Source: Amphiscolops sp. MND2022
Taxonomy: Eukaryota
Length of the DNA stretch: 64,000 bases
Assembly (NCBI GenBank): GCA_964187785.1
Contig: OZ076413.1
Location: 59,830,001-59,894,000 of the forward strand
Direction: 5' to 3'
Each line of letters begins with the position of its first letter. Positions within the stretch are counted from its first letter, which is position 1. Position numbers and translations under genes: made by a program. Under the pieces are notes generated by a model, which saw only the letters and a program-made list of their open reading frames with translations, ran no database searches and was not told the origin of the DNA. Positions 59,497 to 64,000 of the stretch are shown here, piece after piece.

Positions 59497-60431
59497 TTTG
59501 GCCAGGTTAAAATGCAATGTTGGAGAGAAGAATTTTAATAAGGTTTGAGAAGCAAAGTAAAATTGGGATGAAATGAGATTGAAGAAAATGTGCACAACGT
59601 TGAATTATTGAAGTTGAAACAAAGGTTGTGAAGATGAAAAGAGAGGTCTGGTCAGTTTGGGAGTTTTCTGTCGAATGAATATTATTGGGTTCCTTACTCT
59701 CCTTTTTAATTTGGGCTATATTTAGCAACATGACAACCAATTTTTGGAATGTCACGGTTACATCACGATTATGTAATTACTAAAAATAGTACCCAATCTG
59801 ATATAAAAATAGGTTTATAAGTTACATCACTTCTATAAATAGATTCCTGCATGACGAGTATTTTCCTGTGTTTTGATTGGTCAACATACTAACTGCATCA
59901 ATCCGTTCATCGTTAATGAGAAAAATGTGACAACACGTAGTATGACTCATATGTAATGCAAATATTGATTTCGACATAATGTAGCACGTACGATTAAGTC
60001 AACGTAAAGAGTCTTACCTCTAAAAGATATAATTGAAAAGTTGAAAAATGCAATATTGTACTGCAATATGCTGCAAACTTAGTACGGCAGATTAATTCAA
60101 ATATCAAAGTCCTTACGTACTAATGCATCATACAAATCACGTATAATTTATTCATTTCACTACAAATCGTGTTGGGCGGTATTATACATCAAATATGTTA
60201 ACACCTTGTAACATTTAGTGAATTGTTTATGAATGGGCATTATTTTACGAGTACAGTTGACTATAATAGCAAACAAATTTAAATAATGCTGGTGTATAAA
60301 AGTCATATATGAATACATGCAAAACAAGTTTCAAGAAGTGATGAGTTTTCTCCAGTTTGAAATAATAGATGGTCGAGTCATTTGCCTCTATCGCTGCTCT
60401 ACGGGTCCAACACAAACTCTAGGCTGTGACA
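58932..60431 (-). mobile_element. Solo LTR (1500 bp) of a Ty3/gypsy family related to the array element
   Basis: Minus strand begins TGTCAC and ends TATCACA. It is flanked by the 5-bp direct repeat CAGCC at 58927-58931 and 60432-60436, with no internal gag/pol beyond the LTR end. Confidence 0.75.
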
Positions 60432-62109
60432 CAGCCGATGTAAGAAAATGAATCTGAAACGGCAGGATGAACTTCACTACATTTTAGTGATATTACAACC
60501 AATGTAGAAAGTTCTTTTTTTACTTAGGCGACAGTGGAGTCGAAACCCGCCGCTACACTAGGGGTTACTCATTGCTTCGCTTCAGCTTTTAGGGCCCTCG
60601 GAGTATGTTGACTTAGCCGAGTACGTCATAATAATACTTTCGACGGATTTCAAGCCTCGTTTCCTTTTGAATGAAATCCATTCTATATCAAATTCCAACC
60701 AGGACATCGTTGCAGCCTCGCACTATTGGTCAAATCTTGTACTTCGAAAATCATTACACGTCTACATGCTGCTGAAACGAAATTACCAAGGAATGAGGAG
60801 AAATCAAACAACAAAGAAATATGTAAAAACTTTTTAGAGGGAGACAGCGCTGATTTAATTACCACCTTATCTGATTCAAGGTCTACAAATGAACTTTTCA
60901 AATAATTCCGAACATTTAAGTGAACAATTTCGACCTTTGAGCACCTTAAATGTGAAAACACTTCAGACCCAATATCACACCGTTTTCTTTCGTCATAAAA
61001 AGATTTCGACATCTGATGTGTCTCTTCAACCCGTAGTTACTAAAAACTTCGAAAGCTGTCTCTTCATACATCTATACCCTATGCTGAATTCCCTGCTGCA
61101 TCTCGTTCAATAGAGTGTTCGCCAGGGTAGTTCCTGTACATTTCAACTGCTGATATACATTGAAACTTCATTGAATGCACGCGAGCGGACAAACTGTGTA
61201 GTTATCGTTTATACTGACGATGCACAAGTAGTAGCTTCTGAACTTTCACAGCTTGGAGCTGTGGACTTATAGATTGACATCCCTGAAGTGTTTTTTTTTC
61301 CTTTTTTTTGCTTCTTTCCAATATTCAGTGGGTCGCTTGGGATGATTTTTGATCCAGAGTAACCCATTGAGTCGTAGTTTGAGATGCTAGAGGTTTAGGG
61401 GGATGTGCTGGTTTAATTAATGGCGCATTGGTGTAAATTGATACATTATTAGTTGGTGGTGGGTTACCGGAATACGTTATAGTAACTTTTGGAGTGAAAG
61501 TTCATGTAATTACCTTTTGGTCAAAATTAACCATTTTGACCTTTTTGCTGTAACCCTGAGGCAGTCTGTGCATTGGAAACGGTAAATGTGGCTGTTGTTG
61601 CTGGTAATTTGATGATTTTGAACTTTTGGTCGAAGTAACACATCACATTTTTTGTTTTTTTTTCTGCTATTTTTGCAAAAAAGTTATCAGAATCTTCTAA
61701 GAAATGTTCGACATTGTAACAAATTTGCAAAAACGGCAATTCTTGTACAAACTTATAAGATTTTTCTAAAAAATGCAAAGTTGGCAAGAATTTCGGACGA
61801 ATTTTGCTAGGTTTGTGATTCTTTTAATATAGAGTTACTACTAAAGAATAGAATGCAGGATGAAAAAATTGCTTTTTGAGATCAGTTATTCATTTTCGGG
61901 TGTTTCTACGCTTTAGGAATTCCCTGTCACAACTAGTCATTGGATCAAATGTGACACGGTGCTCTGCTTTGCCCCTGAAGTTAGGGCACTGAAGTATGTG
62001 AATATAGCTTACCAGGTCATGCTTTTTACATTTACGTATTGACATGAAAACGAATTCAATGGCAGCTAAAATCAAGAAGTGCTTCGTGAAGTCGAATTGT
62101 CAAAAACTA

Positions 62110-62560
62110 GGTGCACTTGTCTGATTTCTAGTGAGACCACATTTAGATGACAGCTATCAGGCATGGCATCCTCTCCACAAACACAAAATTGTTCTCGACG
62201 ACATAGAGACAAGCAACCAGACTTACTCCCTCTCTCACCTTCCTGTCATACTAAGAAAGAATAAAGAAGTTAGAGCTGGCCACCCCAGATTATAGAAGAA
62301 GAGAGGTAGAATCATTGATGTGTATAACATACTTAATGGAGAGTTTGACGAAATACCGGATGTATGCTGATAGAAAACGGAAAAATAAAACGAAGAAACC
62401 AGAAGAAAGTCATGGGTCAACTAACGAGAACATCGACAAGGACAACGCATTTTCACTGTACGAGCGACAAACGTCTGGAACAACTTGTCAGACGATGTCA
62501 CGTTGGCCGAAACCCATGAAGTGTTTAGCGTGAAGTTGAACAACATTCGAGATGTTTCGA
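62110..62560 (+). pseudogene. Non-LTR retrotransposon (CR1/L2-like) RT C-terminal fragment, old
   Basis: LVRPHLDDSYQAWHP...KRGRIIDVYNILNG...FTVRATNVWNNLSDDV, matching the conserved LINE ORF2 tail. Confidence 0.75.
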
Positions 62561-62811
62561 ATTATGAGCTGACATGGAAAGGGAACCTAACCAGCCTTGA
62601 GGCAATCGCCGAAAGCAACCGCTCCAGTGATAAATTGTGAAATTTGTATTCTATAAAAGTATTCCTGAGACTATCCAATACACGTTTTCAATTTAATAAT
62701 TTCAAAGGTCGGAACAGATATAACTTTTAGAACTAACTTTCAGATCTAAGTTGATCTAAAGGACTATAATAACCCAAGCACGACATGATTGTGAGAAAAA
62801 AACATGTAAGA

Positions 62812-62892
62812 AAAGTACAGGACTCGAACCTGCATCTCAAGACAGATCTAGCTGGAAGTCAAGAGCTTTAATTATTAGACCAAATGGCTGAC
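62812..62892 (-). other. tRNA-derived sequence (SINE head or tRNA pseudogene)
   Basis: Minus strand has the A-box-like TGGTCTAATAATTA and B-box GGTTCGAGTCC at tRNA-like spacing. The stems are imperfect. Confidence 0.55.
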
Positions 62893-63039
62893 TTAGTCTC
62901 ACCGATCACTCGACTTATCATTAACAACGCTGTTGTTACACTATTCTATTCTAGGTGAAGCTGATACCACACATCTCTCATTGAACAGAGAAGTACTGAG
63001 AATTCAAGCCACATGTGTGTGGATTCTGCTTTATTTGAT

Positions 63040-63960
63040 GAGGTTAGCGTAATTGTTGTCTGGATGAAAATTTCCTTGAACTACTATCAAGCTACCTGAA
63101 AGATCGGATTCAGAATGTTAAAATTGCTAACCATGTCTCCGACTCAGTCAACATCGCGAGTGGAGTTCCTCAAGGCTCCGTCCTGGGCCTTCTTTTCTAT
63201 ATTTTATTCATAAATGATTTGCCTTCTATTTTTAGACTGCATACCATGGCTATTTGCTGATGACTTGAAGCTTCTTTTCAACTCTCTCAATTTCCATAAT
63301 GATTTGGCAAGGTTATCAATCTGGAATGTCTCAATGGTATGATAGCTAATTCCTGCAAAACTAAGTGCTTACCGTTTGCTGGCAAACAAGCTGTTCTTCT
63401 AAACGCATCTGAGTCGCTGGAAATTGTGAAACTTCACAAAGATCTCGGTGTTTTTTTAGCCAGCGATTTAAAATGGCCTAGTCATGTACAAATTCAGCTC
63501 AATAAAGCTCGAAAGGCATTTTTCTCTCTTAGGTATTGGATCCCTTTTGGAAAAATTTCGAAAATCCTGCCTCCGTTGGGTCTTTGGACCTAAACAACAA
63601 TATGAACAGCAGTTATGAAAAGCTACGATATCCTGCCCGTGTGTTATCAAATTGAACTTCTCACGTTCACAATGGCATCCAAAATGTTTAGTGGGCGGTA
63701 ACTGGATGACGTTGCTACCCATATTGACTTTCGTGTTTATGATCGAACCTTAAGAACTCAAGCCATGAGTTTAATTAATTGTAACTTTAATTAATTGTAA
63801 CTCACTGGCTCATTAAATATCTTTTTTCTCCAGAGCTGCTGAATTGATCAATTTTCTCTACAGACAAAAAGTCATTACTGGGCTGGATACTATGAATATT
63901 CAAGCTGTTAGAAATTATTTGATGCTGAAAAATTTCTGTTCTGATCTTGTTTGCTCTCAT
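63040..63960 (+). pseudogene. Non-LTR retrotransposon (CR1/L2/Jockey-like) RT, 5'-truncated
   Basis: LLSSYLKDRIQNV, SGVPQGSVLG, WLFADDLKL and KDLGVFLASDLKW across several frameshifts. There is a 16-bp tandem duplication at ~63766-63802. Confidence 0.9.
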
Positions 63961-64000
63961 TACATATGTTGTGCTTGCAACTCTTGTAAGTTTAGTAGGA

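Noticed and set aside
60530-60620. tRNA or SINE on the minus strand (GGTTTCGACTCC)
   Set aside because: Only a B-box-like motif is present, with no convincing A-box or cloverleaf.
60683-61790. Host-gene exons on the minus strand (109-aa ORF and a Pro-rich frame)
   Set aside because: Splice sites and phases could not be joined into a coherent ORF, and no recognisable domain is present.

Overview
64 kb of AT-rich eukaryotic DNA, probably from an invertebrate animal; the taxon cannot be assigned from sequence alone. It is almost entirely mobile-element material, and no host gene can be called with confidence. All motifs and coordinates were read by eye, so boundaries are approximate unless a motif is quoted. 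In order: (1) a degraded minus-strand BEL/Pao LTR retrotransposon (1-6000), with an extra SGNH-hydrolase-like ORF running into its LTR next to a 200-N scaffold gap. (2) Fragments of further Ty3/gypsy families (7.7-10.1 kb). (3) One plus-strand Ty3/gypsy locus (15380-~46860) in which an LTR plus gag-5' segment has been amplified into a ~24.6 kb tandem array of ~1.79 kb units. It is followed by a broken gag-pol carrying its own 1.75 kb tandem duplication. (4) A tightly packed set of degraded, intronless ORFs of unknown family (47.7-58.9 kb), possibly the relic of a large DNA element or virus, with a 257-bp tandem repeat. (5) A 1.5 kb solo LTR with a 5-bp target-site duplication that carries an intact 192-codon ORF. 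(6) LINE and tRNA-derived fragments. A Helentron-like non-autonomous family (subTIRs plus hairpins, inserted at T-runs) occurs four times. The most notable observation is that these gypsy families appear to encode ~120-190 codons of Gag inside the LTR, so solo LTRs and LTR arrays carry a promoter plus a long ORF.
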